A stretch of DNA of 64,000 nt from Desulfurococcaceae archaeon. GTDB lineage: Archaea; Thermoproteota; Thermoprotei_A; Sulfolobales; Desulfurococcaceae. The notes beneath the pieces are model-generated. The model did no database searches. It was not told the DNA's origin and saw only the letters and a list, made by a program, of their open reading frames with translations. The stretch spans positions 352,001 through 416,000 of the forward strand of contig JAWAJB010000001.1 of assembly GCA_038888155.1 (NCBI GenBank), written 5' to 3'. Shown here one piece after another: positions 38,053 to 47,100 of this stretch; within the stretch, counting starts at the first letter, position 1; every line of letters begins with the position of its first letter. Made by a program: the position numbers and the translations under genes.

Positions 38053-38739
38053 CCTTAGTAAGTGTTTCTTGAAGAGAGATTTAAATTTAACTAGTGGGTT
38101 AATAACAGCAACTTTGAAACAAAAATCAAGTATGTGTGTTAGCGCTTTTAGTAAGCCTTTTTCTCTGTATATCTTCCCTGCATCATTCCAGTCTATTTTG
38201 TTGAGGAGCCAAGTTATTATCAGGCTTAGCGCTATCATTGAGGGTATGCTCATTATAGGGGGGAGGCCCATGACGCCCTCGAGTATGTAGGCTGCTGCTC
38301 TCCCGTATATGGCTGTAATGGCCGTCACAACTATTTTGCCCAATAGAAGGGCCACGAAGAATAGGGGTATATTGTATTTGGAGATCCCAATAGGTATATA
38401 GAATACATCGTCGGGTATAGGTAGGGCAGCGACTAGGAATACTGTTAAGAAAGTAGCTTTTTTAAACATGTGCGTAAAATTCACTAAGTTATGAATAGAT
38501 CTGCTCACTCTACCTATCTTTGAAATAGATCTCGCAATAACGTACACTATTAACTTGCCGAGGCTTGCGCCCAGCGCTAATACCAGTATTGCGTAGATCT
38601 GCTCCATGCCGTGCTGCTTAGCTAGTATAGGAGCTAGAAAGACCAAGTAAGGGACAGTGGAAAATGGTACAGCGTTGGATACAAACGCTATTAGCAGCAA
38701 CCCAAGGTAGCCAAGTCCTCCAAGTTCTTTAATTAACAT
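38047..38739 (-). CDS. VTT/DedA (SNARE-associated) domain membrane protein
   Basis: SNAVPF, GASLGKLIVY, AALPIPDD, LLGK. Confidence 0.82.
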   Translation of the reverse strand: MLIKELGGLGYLGLLLIAFVSNAVPFSTVPYLVFLAPILAKQHGMEQIYAILVLALGASLGKLIVYVIARSISKIGRVSRSIHNLVNFTHMFKKATFLTVFLVAALPIPDDVFYIPIGISKYNIPLFFVALLLGKIVVTAITAIYGRAAAYILEGVMGLPPIMSIPSMIALSLIITWLLNKIDWNDAGKIYREKGLLKALTHILDFCFKVAVINPLVKFKSLFKKHLLRR

Positions 38740-38826
38740 CGCTGAGCACCGGACCGCAATCGATTATCACGAGCTGAATATTTAACATAAAAATTAACTC
38801 GGCGCTAATTATATAGTTTTAGGAAC

Positions 38827-39846
38827 CTATGTTGACTGCAAAGATTTAGCTATACTGCTATCCACTTTAGCTGCCTCGTACACCTTCTTCTCAAGTTCGG
38901 GCTGAAGGAGGCCTAGTTTCATTTTGAACATGCAGGCTTTACATACAGCGTGAGAAGATGGGTTGCCACAAATAGTGCACTTCAAGTATTCCTTCTCAGG
39001 TAGCTTGCTCCAGCACTGCATTGTAAACAGCTCAAGTAGGTTTTTAAGCAAGCCGTGTTTAGAGCCGGGGTATTTATCCTCGAGTTCATTTATCATCCTC
39101 CTAATTACGAACCTCATGTTGTACTTTACGTATGGGCACTGGGCGAACTCTAGTTGCACAAGGTTGTTCAGGATAGCATAGAGAGCTGTCTCTTTCTCTG
39201 GTAGCTCGTAGAAAGGCTTTATCCTCTTAACTATTAGTTCATCATTCGAGCACCTAACAGGGGTGAGCGCGATTATCCTTTCCCAGCTGTTGTTTACGAG
39301 GTTCATTAAGTACGTTTGCACAACGTCGTCCATGTTGTGCGCAGTAGCTATTACTGTAGCGCTTACTTCTCTCGCGACAGCGTTAAGCACGTGCCTCCTG
39401 AAAACACCGCAGTAGCTACAGGGCATGTAGGGCAATCCCTTCTCAAAGCTTTCCTTTACTATTTCATCGAGTGTTTTACCAATGTAGTTCTTAAAGCTAG
39501 CTATAATGTATCTCACTCCATGCCTGCTGGCATAGCTTATCAAGTTGGGAATGGTTTTCTCTCTATACCCAGCTATGCCTTCATCCACGAGGACTGCTGT
39601 TATTTCGAGCTTAGGCAACTTGCTCTTAAACTTCTGGAAAAAGTGTAGAAGCGCCATTGAGTCCTTACCGCCGCTAACGGCCACAATTATGTGCTCGCTT
39701 TCGCCTATCATTTTATACTTCCTAATGGCCTTGCGCACTTTGCGCTCAAAGTGCTCAATGAAGTGTTGCCTGCAGTAGGCTAGGCCGCTTACCTTATTGA
39801 TGTATATAGCTGGTTTATTGCAGCTACTGCACTTGGCCATAGTCAA
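38827..39846 (-). CDS. ttuA: tRNA 2-thiolation protein (TtuA/NcsA, TIGR00269)
   Basis: N-terminal CxxC..C..H, VAVSGGKDS, PCSYCGVFRR, TAHNMDD, CPY, C-terminal CxxC-CxxC. Confidence 0.9.
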   Translation of the reverse strand: MTMAKCSSCNKPAIYINKVSGLAYCRQHFIEHFERKVRKAIRKYKMIGESEHIIVAVSGGKDSMALLHFFQKFKSKLPKLEITAVLVDEGIAGYREKTIPNLISYASRHGVRYIIASFKNYIGKTLDEIVKESFEKGLPYMPCSYCGVFRRHVLNAVAREVSATVIATAHNMDDVVQTYLMNLVNNSWERIIALTPVRCSNDELIVKRIKPFYELPEKETALYAILNNLVQLEFAQCPYVKYNMRFVIRRMINELEDKYPGSKHGLLKNLLELFTMQCWSKLPEKEYLKCTICGNPSSHAVCKACMFKMKLGLLQPELEKKVYEAAKVDSSIAKSLQST

Positions 39847-39931
39847 AAGCCCTTAGTTTGAAGTGCTCGCATCCCTCAATTAGGTATTTTTTATAGTGGA
39901 AGCTCTTATTATACTGGTCACGGGGGAATAG

Positions 39932-40627
39932 GTGAAATTAGTAGCCATAAGCGACATCCATGGAAGGGCCCTCAACTTAGATAGGTTGAGCCGCAAGCTT
40001 GAAGAAACTGGGTTCAAGCCTGATGTAGTCTTAGTGGCTGGAGATATAACGCACTTCAAGGATTTTCAGGTTGCACGCGGGCTTCTGAGGAAAATAAAGG
40101 AGAGCGTTGGCTGCCGCGTTTTGTTCGTTCCCGGGAATTGCGATTCCCCCGAGCTCTTAGAGGTAGAGGAGCTAGATGAAGGAGTTATCAATATTCACTC
40201 GAGAAGCGCCGTTATTAATGGGTACGTGTTCTACGGGATAGGCGGGGGAGGCATAAGCCCTTTTCACACCCTCATAGAGTTTAGTGAGGAGGCCTTTAGG
40301 GATTTCCTAGAGAGGGCTGAAGCTCTCGTTAAAGGCGGGGAGCTAATATTGGTTACTCATCAGCCTATACGCGGTTTCTTTGATGACGTCGATGGAGGAA
40401 TAGGGTCTAAAGTTTTTGCCGAATACCTCAAGAGGCTGGAGCCCTTAGTGTGGGTAACTGGGCACGTCCACGAGAATAGCGGGTGGGCACGCTTAAACAA
40501 GACAACAGTTGTGCATCCAGGGCCCTTAACGCATGGGCTCTACGCAAGCCTTGAGGTATCTGGCAGCAGCGTTGTGCACGTCAGCGTTAAAAGCATAAGC
40601 GATCAGCCTAGCTGGAGTTCCTCCTAA
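39932..40627 (+). CDS. Metallophosphoesterase
   Basis: SDIHG, AGD, PGNCD, THQP, GHVHE. Confidence 0.9.
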   Translation: MKLVAISDIHGRALNLDRLSRKLEETGFKPDVVLVAGDITHFKDFQVARGLLRKIKESVGCRVLFVPGNCDSPELLEVEELDEGVINIHSRSAVINGYVFYGIGGGGISPFHTLIEFSEEAFRDFLERAEALVKGGELILVTHQPIRGFFDDVDGGIGSKVFAEYLKRLEPLVWVTGHVHENSGWARLNKTTVVHPGPLTHGLYASLEVSGSSVVHVSVKSISDQPSWSSS

Positions 40628-41903
40628 TAATTAACGCTATCGTAGTCGCTACTGTTATTGCTAAGAGCAGTATGTTCCTCGTCAATGCCATTAGCTGGGT
40701 AATGGATCCAAACAACCAGGGGCTGCCGCCGCTAATTAGCTCGCGAAAGAACTCAACTATTAGCGCTGCATTGAAAAGATCGGCAGCTCCGTATAGCGCT
40801 AAGAGGGGGTTGTCTAGCCCTATAGCAGCTAGCGGAGTTAATAGCAACATCATCTGGGGCGAGAAGACGTAATTGAGCACTACAGGTATAGATGCATATA
40901 TGTAGAGGTTAAGCGGCTCTAACTTAAATCCCCTCTTGAACGTAATAACTGTGACAAATAGTACGTAAATGCCCGCCGCGAGGAAGTAGAGCACTTTGTG
41001 TAGAGGCGACCATATATCTCTAACTGCAAGAATGTACAGGCAGTTTTCGCAATACCACGAGGCGTGGTGATTGATCATGGCTGTAAAGCCCAGGGGCGAA
41101 GCTATGTATAAAGCCAAGAAGGGAAGCACGCCTGAGAGCAAGAACCCGAGTAGGTAGCTCAACTGAGACTTCGCGCTTTTCCCTACTGTAATTATTTTCA
41201 GCAAGTAGTAGTACGCAACCCCTAAAGTGAGAAGCTTAGTTGAAAAGGATAAACCTAAGAACAGGCCTGCCTTAAAGTATTTTCTATCCCAGAAAGCCAG
41301 TATGCCGAGTAAGCACATTGCAGACGCAACAACATCCCAGTTGTAGACGAGATAGGTTATCGTTGATGGCGCTACGAACACCAGCGCGCACTTGAGGAGA
41401 CTAACCGCCCCTCTCACGTGGAGCTTGTACAGTGTGGCGCCTAGTACTATAGTGAAGCCCAGTATCATCAGGGACTGTAGATAATAGTGAGTGTTTACTG
41501 CTTCGCTGGGGTTTTCACTGTTGCTCAGCGCGATACACGTCGAAGTTGCCCACATTAGCCCAACTACGGGGGGATACTCAAATAGGTAGTCTACGTACGG
41601 CATGGGGCACTTGTTTAAACCCCTAGTGTAATCCCTATAAGATGCCTGGTTAAACCAGTAGCTAGACGCTCTGTCTCCAATGAGACGAGGGTAGAAGACG
41701 CCGTAAACTATATCGCTGTACTTAAAGCCAATGAGGTTGCCGTACGCAGGCGTAGCTGGGCTGTGAAGGTATGCAGAAGTAGCCCAAGATATTATTGATA
41801 CTGCTAAAATTGTTCCCCAAAGTTGATGTTTTTTACTAATGTGAAAAGAGGTCATACGCCTTGCCGCCCTAAGCACTGCCGATTTCGTTTGATACAAGCT
41901 CAT
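40608..41903 (-). CDS. GT-C fold glycosyltransferase (GT87/DUF2029-like)
   Basis: YSDI, PYVDYLFEYPP, YNWD, VFSPQ, many TM helices. Confidence 0.78.
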   Translation of the reverse strand: MSLYQTKSAVLRAARRMTSFHISKKHQLWGTILAVSIISWATSAYLHSPATPAYGNLIGFKYSDIVYGVFYPRLIGDRASSYWFNQASYRDYTRGLNKCPMPYVDYLFEYPPVVGLMWATSTCIALSNSENPSEAVNTHYYLQSLMILGFTIVLGATLYKLHVRGAVSLLKCALVFVAPSTITYLVYNWDVVASAMCLLGILAFWDRKYFKAGLFLGLSFSTKLLTLGVAYYYLLKIITVGKSAKSQLSYLLGFLLSGVLPFLALYIASPLGFTAMINHHASWYCENCLYILAVRDIWSPLHKVLYFLAAGIYVLFVTVITFKRGFKLEPLNLYIYASIPVVLNYVFSPQMMLLLTPLAAIGLDNPLLALYGAADLFNAALIVEFFRELISGGSPWLFGSITQLMALTRNILLLAITVATTIALIIRRNSS

Positions 41904-42280
41904 GCGCCCACTCGTTATACATTATCGCAGTTAAACATATTTTGGTTCACCGCGCTTGAGTTTAGCTACGCTAAGTTCGCTTCTTCACTTACCGCTGTAT
42001 ATGCTTTGTTGCTACCTGCTAAAGTTGGCTAGAGTAGGAGGCGCAGCGCAGTAGCTAGCATATAAACTGTGGGCAAGCGCTCTATACCCATGATGCAGAA
42101 GCAACTTGGAGGAGTTTTCTCTAAGGCATCAATAGGCTTTCCCGCGATAGCAAGGCTTGATCTACCGAATGTTTGAGGGGCTATCATTAAAATTTAAAAG
42201 CCCTTCAATATATATAGATATGCCAATAAATTTGATGAGAGGGATTAAGGAGATGTTATTTAACTGAGGGCGCCAACTCG

Positions 42281-43561
42281 ACTAAAAACCATTACCTCCC
42301 CATCGACACTGCTATACTGGGGAAACTGAGCGAGAGGGTTGCAATAAGGGGCTGGGTGAAACCCCTCGGCGAGGGGGAAGTCCTCCTCTGGGATACTAAC
42401 GGTACATACAAGCTGAGAGTGAACTGCAACGGAGAGAGCCTCTCTAAGTTGCCCTGTGGTACGCTCGTTGAACTAACGGGCTCGATTAGTCCTAAAGGCC
42501 TGTGCGTTGATAACATCGAGGTGCTACACTCTCCTCTAAACGAAGAGGTAGCGTGCATACAGGACTTGCCAGATAACCCAATGGACTACGTCTCTAGGTA
42601 CTACCTATACGTGAGGCACCCCAAGTTAGCGAGGAGCGTTAAGACTTACTTCTACGTAGTGGACTACATGAGAAGGTACCTCGTTAAGCACGGATTTATA
42701 GAGTTACCCAGCGTGATTGTTGGTTACGCGAGCGATCCAGGGCTACGCGGTGCGTCGAAGATATCGGTAGATCTCTACGGCAAGAGGCTTGAGCTCCAGA
42801 GCAGCATGATTATGTACAAACAGCTCTACGCAAGCGTCTTTGATAAAGTATTTTACGCTGCGAGAAACCTCCGGCTGGAGCCCCCTGAAAACGCGCACAC
42901 AGGCAGGCACTTAACGGAGTTCACGCAAATCGATGTAGAGTGCGCAAACGTAAAGAGGGACGACGCGACTAAGCTAGCTGAGAGCATTATATACAGGTCA
43001 GTCAAGTGGATCCTAAGCAACCACATTGAAATTCTCGACGGAAGGGAAGCTGAGAGAGTTGAGAGAGAAATATCCAAGCCGCCGTATCCTAGGCTAACAT
43101 ACGAGGAGGCGCTTCTGAAGGTCAAAGCCCTAGGCTTAGAGGCTAGGTATGGTGAAGAGCTGAGCTTCAGGGCCGAAGTAGCTATTGCGGACAGCTATGG
43201 ATCGCCTGTTTGGATAGAGAGCTTCCCAGTTGAGAGCAGGGGCTTCTACTACCTCGAAGACGCTACTAGACCGGGACACAACATAGACTACAACCTACTG
43301 ATGCCAAGCGGCCATGGAGAAGTGCTAGACGGGGGATGTAGAGAGTACAGGTACGAGTACCTCTACAAGAGAATAGTGGATAGGCACAAGGAAAACCCTA
43401 CAAAATACGAGTGGTTTCTAGAGCTTGCTAAAGCTGGCCTCATTAGACCTACGTGCGGCTGGGGAATAGGAGTAGAGAGGCTTGTTAAGTACCTACAGGG
43501 ATTAAAGCACATCGCTTACGCTACACCGCACCCGAGGATACCTGGCCTTATAGGACCTTAG
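42281..43561 (+). CDS. asnA: Archaeal asparagine synthetase A (AsnRS-like) with N-terminal OB-fold; true start unresolved
   Basis: SSMIMYKQL, RLE...GRHLTEFTQIDVE, GGCREY, GIGVERL...PRIPG; frame is open from 42239, OB-like sequence begins about 42281, first canonical start is GTG 42356. Confidence 0.78.
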   Translation, partial: TKNHYLPIDTAILGKLSERVAIRGWVKPLGEGEVLLWDTNGTYKLRVNCNGESLSKLPCGTLVELTGSISPKGLCVDNIEVLHSPLNEEVACIQDLPDNPMDYVSRYYLYVRHPKLARSVKTYFYVVDYMRRYLVKHGFIELPSVIVGYASDPGLRGASKISVDLYGKRLELQSSMIMYKQLYASVFDKVFYAARNLRLEPPENAHTGRHLTEFTQIDVECANVKRDDATKLAESIIYRSVKWILSNHIEILDGREAERVEREISKPPYPRLTYEEALLKVKALGLEARYGEELSFRAEVAIADSYGSPVWIESFPVESRGFYYLEDATRPGHNIDYNLLMPSGHGEVLDGGCREYRYEYLYKRIVDRHKENPTKYEWFLELAKAGLIRPTCGWGIGVERLVKYLQGLKHIAYATPHPRIPGLIGP

Positions 43562-43613
43562 TGCAAAGTTAATACCCCCATTGCTTAATTTTTTACAGGC
43601 AACGGTGTCACCT

Positions 43614-44882
43614 TTGCTCGACCCCGAAGAAGTTAGAAAGGACTTCCCAATACTCGATAGAGTTATCAACAAGAAAAAGCTAGTCTACTTTGATAACGCT
43701 GCAACAACACACAAGCCAGTCCAAGTCATCAAAGCTATGGAAGAGTTCTACGGCAAGCACAACGCAAATATTCACCGTGGGCTACATACTTTAAGCCAGG
43801 AAGCCAGCCAAATGTATGAGGATGCACACGAAATTGTAGCTAAGTTCATAAACGCCTACTCCTGGAGGGAAGTGATATTCGTTAACAACACTACAGAGGC
43901 ATTAAATACTGTTGCTTATGGCTGGGCGCTTTGGAAGCTCAAGGAAGGCGATGAAGTGGTTGTAACTATAATGGATCACCACAGTAACATGCTCCCGTGG
44001 AGGATGATTGCCCAGTTGAGAAATGCCAAGGTCAGGTATATAGATATAACCGATGAGGGCTACTTAAGGTATGATCAGCTGGAAGAAGTCTTAAACGAGA
44101 AGACAAGAGTTGTCGCCTTTCCCATTGCAAGCAATGTCCTGGGGACAATCAACGACGCTAAGAGAATAGCCAAGATAGCACACGAGGTAGGTGCTATAGT
44201 TGTAGCCGACGGCGCTCAAAGCGTACCTCACCTGCCAACAAACGTAAGGGAGCTGGGGGTTGATTTCATAGCTTTCAGCGGCCATAAAATGCTTGGTCCC
44301 ACGGGGACGGGCGTGCTCTGGGGGAGAGCCGAGGTACTCGAGGAGATGAAGCCGTTCAAGGTAGGGGGAGATACAATAAAGGACGTAACTGTTGACAGCG
44401 TTGTGTGGCACGATTTGCCGTGGAGATTTGAGGCTGGCACACCTAATATAGCTGGAGGAGTGGGGTTGGCCGAAGCTGTCAAGTACCTTTCAAGGATAGG
44501 CATAGAGCGTGTTAGGGAGCACGAAGTAGAGTTAGTGAGGTACACGCTAAAGAGGTTCGAGGAACTAGCTAGCGAGATAACCTACTACGGTCCTCGAAGC
44601 CCATCTGATAAAACAGGGGTTGTCTCCTTCAACATTAAGTCTATGAACCACCACGTAGCGGGAGCAGCCCTTGACCTATTTGGAATAGCTGTTAGAAGTG
44701 GCATGCACTGTGCACATCCACTACATTACAGGCTTGGACTAAATGGCACAGTTAGGGCAAGCTACTACTTGTACAATACATTCGAGGAAGTGGACTACTT
44801 CATTGATGCGCTTGAAAAAATAGTAATGCTCAAGGACACTTTTACTAAGGAAAAACCGGATAAGCTGTGTACAGGGACATGA
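43614..44882 (+). CDS. sufS: Cysteine desulfurase SufS
   Basis: VRKDFP, YFDNAAT, SGHKMLGP, EAGTPN, RSGMHCA. Confidence 0.94.
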   Translation: MLDPEEVRKDFPILDRVINKKKLVYFDNAATTHKPVQVIKAMEEFYGKHNANIHRGLHTLSQEASQMYEDAHEIVAKFINAYSWREVIFVNNTTEALNTVAYGWALWKLKEGDEVVVTIMDHHSNMLPWRMIAQLRNAKVRYIDITDEGYLRYDQLEEVLNEKTRVVAFPIASNVLGTINDAKRIAKIAHEVGAIVVADGAQSVPHLPTNVRELGVDFIAFSGHKMLGPTGTGVLWGRAEVLEEMKPFKVGGDTIKDVTVDSVVWHDLPWRFEAGTPNIAGGVGLAEAVKYLSRIGIERVREHEVELVRYTLKRFEELASEITYYGPRSPSDKTGVVSFNIKSMNHHVAGAALDLFGIAVRSGMHCAHPLHYRLGLNGTVRASYYLYNTFEEVDYFIDALEKIVMLKDTFTKEKPDKLCTGT

Positions 44883-44971
44883 AGTTAAGTTGCTATTTTA
44901 AGAGGACAAAAATTGAATTGAAAAATGTATTATACTCTACGGACACGGTGTAAAGCTCCGAGCGTTATTCT

Positions 44972-45139
44972 TTATTTCGCAGGTCCTAGTATTCTTGCAA
45001 ACTTCTTGCCAGTGTATGGGCTCGTTGCAAAGGCGATTTTTATTTTTCCTCTCTTAGTCTCCTTAACTACTACCTCGTATTTATCTGTCTCAAAGTATTG
45101 CTTTGCTTTTAAATCGAAGAACTTTAGTTTCTCAGGCAT
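44972..45139 (-). CDS. cc1: Crenarchaeal chromatin protein CC1 (55 aa)
   Basis: Manual translation MPEKLKFFDLKAKQYFETDKYEVVVKETKRGKIKIAFATSPYTGKKFARILGPAK; GAGGT ribosome site and TTTATAAA (about 45180-45187) upstream. Confidence 0.9.
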   Translation of the reverse strand: MPEKLKFFDLKAKQYFETDKYEVVVKETKRGKIKIAFATSPYTGKKFARILGPAK

Positions 45140-45451
45140 TTTTCCAACCTCTATCGGATATTATTTTTTGCTGTCTACGTTTATAAACTTTATTTTTTGT
45201 TAGCATGTTAACTATGTACACACTTTAATATAAAAAATTATAGAAAAGTAATAACATTTAATATTGGATAAACTCAATCATCATAACTAGATCTCGTACG
45301 TGTAAAAAGATATCTCATATGTGGAAATTTGTTTAATTTCATTTTAATAATAGCTATGATCTGTCATGCTTTTAGCGTGGAGCTGAAATCGCCCCTTAGA
45401 GTTTGTATAATGTACCTAGACGTATTTAGCTTAAAGGGCCAATAGGTTAAC

Positions 45452-46000
45452 TCAACTTAAGTTAGTAAGAGGCTCATAAGCAGCTTTTTTTCGGCCTAAA
45501 ATGCCGCAGGTCCCGAAGTAGTCGTAAATTACTACGGAGTACTTTACCCGTCCGTCCTTGGCCTTCTCCAGTGTAGCCCTTACTTCTTTGCACTTATCTA
45601 GTGGGGCATCTCTCTCGCTGCACAAGTAGTCCAGAGCCTCTATGAAGTCCAGTATGAGCCCTTCTACTGTTGTAATGAACCCCTGCGAGTACGCGCCCGG
45701 CTCAACTGCTAGCCCTAGCTCTGGGATCTCTAGTTTACAAGCGGAGCTCCTAATTAGAATTGCATTTTCATCCCCTGGTTCTTCAACAACGTACGTAATT
45801 TTCCTTGGATCGCCCGTCTGTAAAACCTCTACATCTCTTCTCCTGAACCCGCACTTGCTGCACTCCGCAACAGATATTAGAACTTCCCCGTAGTGAGGAA
45901 TGCTGTGCTTGAACTCTCTTACTAGCATGGCGCTATTGCAGTTTGGACAACTGACTTCGAACTCCCCGATCTTCACGGGCTGTTTGCTCTCTGCATTCAT
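45452..46000 (-). CDS. ZPR1 zinc finger protein
   Basis: CPNC...IPHYGEV...CSKCGFR, IPELG, GFITTVEG. Confidence 0.92.
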   Translation of the reverse strand: MNAESKQPVKIGEFEVSCPNCNSAMLVREFKHSIPHYGEVLISVAECSKCGFRRRDVEVLQTGDPRKITYVVEEPGDENAILIRSSACKLEIPELGLAVEPGAYSQGFITTVEGLILDFIEALDYLCSERDAPLDKCKEVRATLEKAKDGRVKYSVVIYDYFGTCGILGRKKAAYEPLTNLS

Positions 46001-46030
46001 ACTACATGCCCCTGCGTACTCACTATTTTC

Positions 46031-46927
46031 TCAGCTCGCTATATTACTTCTCAGTAGCGTAAGGTGAGATCCGTCGCAGCTTGGTGCCTGAGGGAAATTT
46101 GTCCTGAGCCCCTCTCTGCAGGTAGCAATCGTCAGGTTGTACTTCAATGCGTAGTCAATAACTGGCTGCAGCAACTTGCGCCTAAGCCTTACCGGTAAGT
46201 AAAAATATCCGTGAAAGACCTTGCCTTTCTCAACGTAAAGCTTCTCTAATTTCCTATAGACGTCTGGGAGCGCGACGCTGAGTCTCTTTAAGCTGTCGGG
46301 TTTAGCCTTATAAGTTGAAGTCACTACGTGAAGGGCTCCAGCCTCTTTTGCCCTGCCAATGAGGTCTTCTAAGCAGTAGCTATCTTCATTTACGAGCGGT
46401 ATAATAGGATCTATTCTTAAGCCAACGGGTACACCTATGCGGCTTAACTTGCGCAGGGCATCTAGCCTCTCAGCGGGCGATGGAGCGTTGGGTTCTATTG
46501 CTCTAGCCAGCCCCTCGTCAAGAGTAGTAATAGTGAGCATGACTGCAGACTTAGTTTTTGCCAGTATGTCAGCATCCCTCGTTAAGCTACTGGACTTAGT
46601 CGTAATCAGTATTTTTAGATTTCGCCTCGAGATTAGCTGGAGGGCCTCTCTAGTTAAGCCGAGCTTTTCTTCAATAGGCGGGTAGGGATCGCTGCTTGTG
46701 CTGAGCTCTACGATGCTGTTTTCCTCGAGCTTTCCTAGATCTCTAGCCAATTTTTGGAGGAACATTTCTTTGGGCTTGCTATCCCTTGCCCGTATGTAAG
46801 ATGTCGCGTAACAGTACAAGCAGGAGTGACTGCACCCAGTGTATGGATGTAAGCTGTACTTCCTAGGACACGTACACAGAGGAGACTTCCACGGATCAAA
46901 CTCCCGTATAACCCCCAGTGCCCCCAA
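46031..46927 (-). CDS. Radical SAM protein (SplB-like, COG1533)
   Basis: FDPW..PLCTCP.KYSL.PYTGCSHSCLYCYA, SSDPYPP; start moved to TTG 46927 because the upstream part of the ORF is a structured RNA. Confidence 0.85.
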   Translation of the reverse strand: MGALGVIREFDPWKSPLCTCPRKYSLHPYTGCSHSCLYCYATSYIRARDSKPKEMFLQKLARDLGKLEENSIVELSTSSDPYPPIEEKLGLTREALQLISRRNLKILITTKSSSLTRDADILAKTKSAVMLTITTLDEGLARAIEPNAPSPAERLDALRKLSRIGVPVGLRIDPIIPLVNEDSYCLEDLIGRAKEAGALHVVTSTYKAKPDSLKRLSVALPDVYRKLEKLYVEKGKVFHGYFYLPVRLRRKLLQPVIDYALKYNLTIATCREGLRTNFPQAPSCDGSHLTLLRSNIAS

Positions 46928-46949
46928 GTTAAGTCTCCCTACAATAAAG

Positions 46950-47030
46950 TGCTGTACCCCGCCCGACCGACCTCTCTCATCTTCATCTCCCAGTAAGGGA
47001 TTTCGAAGAGGTGTGAGGGAGCGGGGCTGT
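46950..47030 (-). ncRNA. Single-hairpin H/ACA pseudouridylation guide RNA
   Basis: Lower stem CCCCGC/GCGGGG, pocket TCCCTCAC/CGGTCGG, upper stem ACCTCT/AGAGGT, K-turn-like TCGA/ATGA, apical TCCC/GGGA, ACA 14 nt from upper stem; TATA-like TTTATTAG at 47058-47051. Confidence 0.72.
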
Positions 47031-47100
47031 GAATATGTCACTGTACACGCCTAATAAAGCTTTAAAGCTAATTTGGGGATATTTGGTGCGCGGGAGGTTT

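Noticed and set aside
44925-45203. 92-aa + strand ORF
   Set aside because: Antisense shadow of the CC1 gene.
45270-45290. ATGATGA C-box on the minus strand
   Set aside because: No D box at a suitable distance; AT-rich background.
46928-47100. N-terminal extensions of the radical SAM and hxlB ORFs
   Set aside because: Region is better explained by an H/ACA RNA and divergent TATA boxes; downstream TTG starts have ribosome sites.
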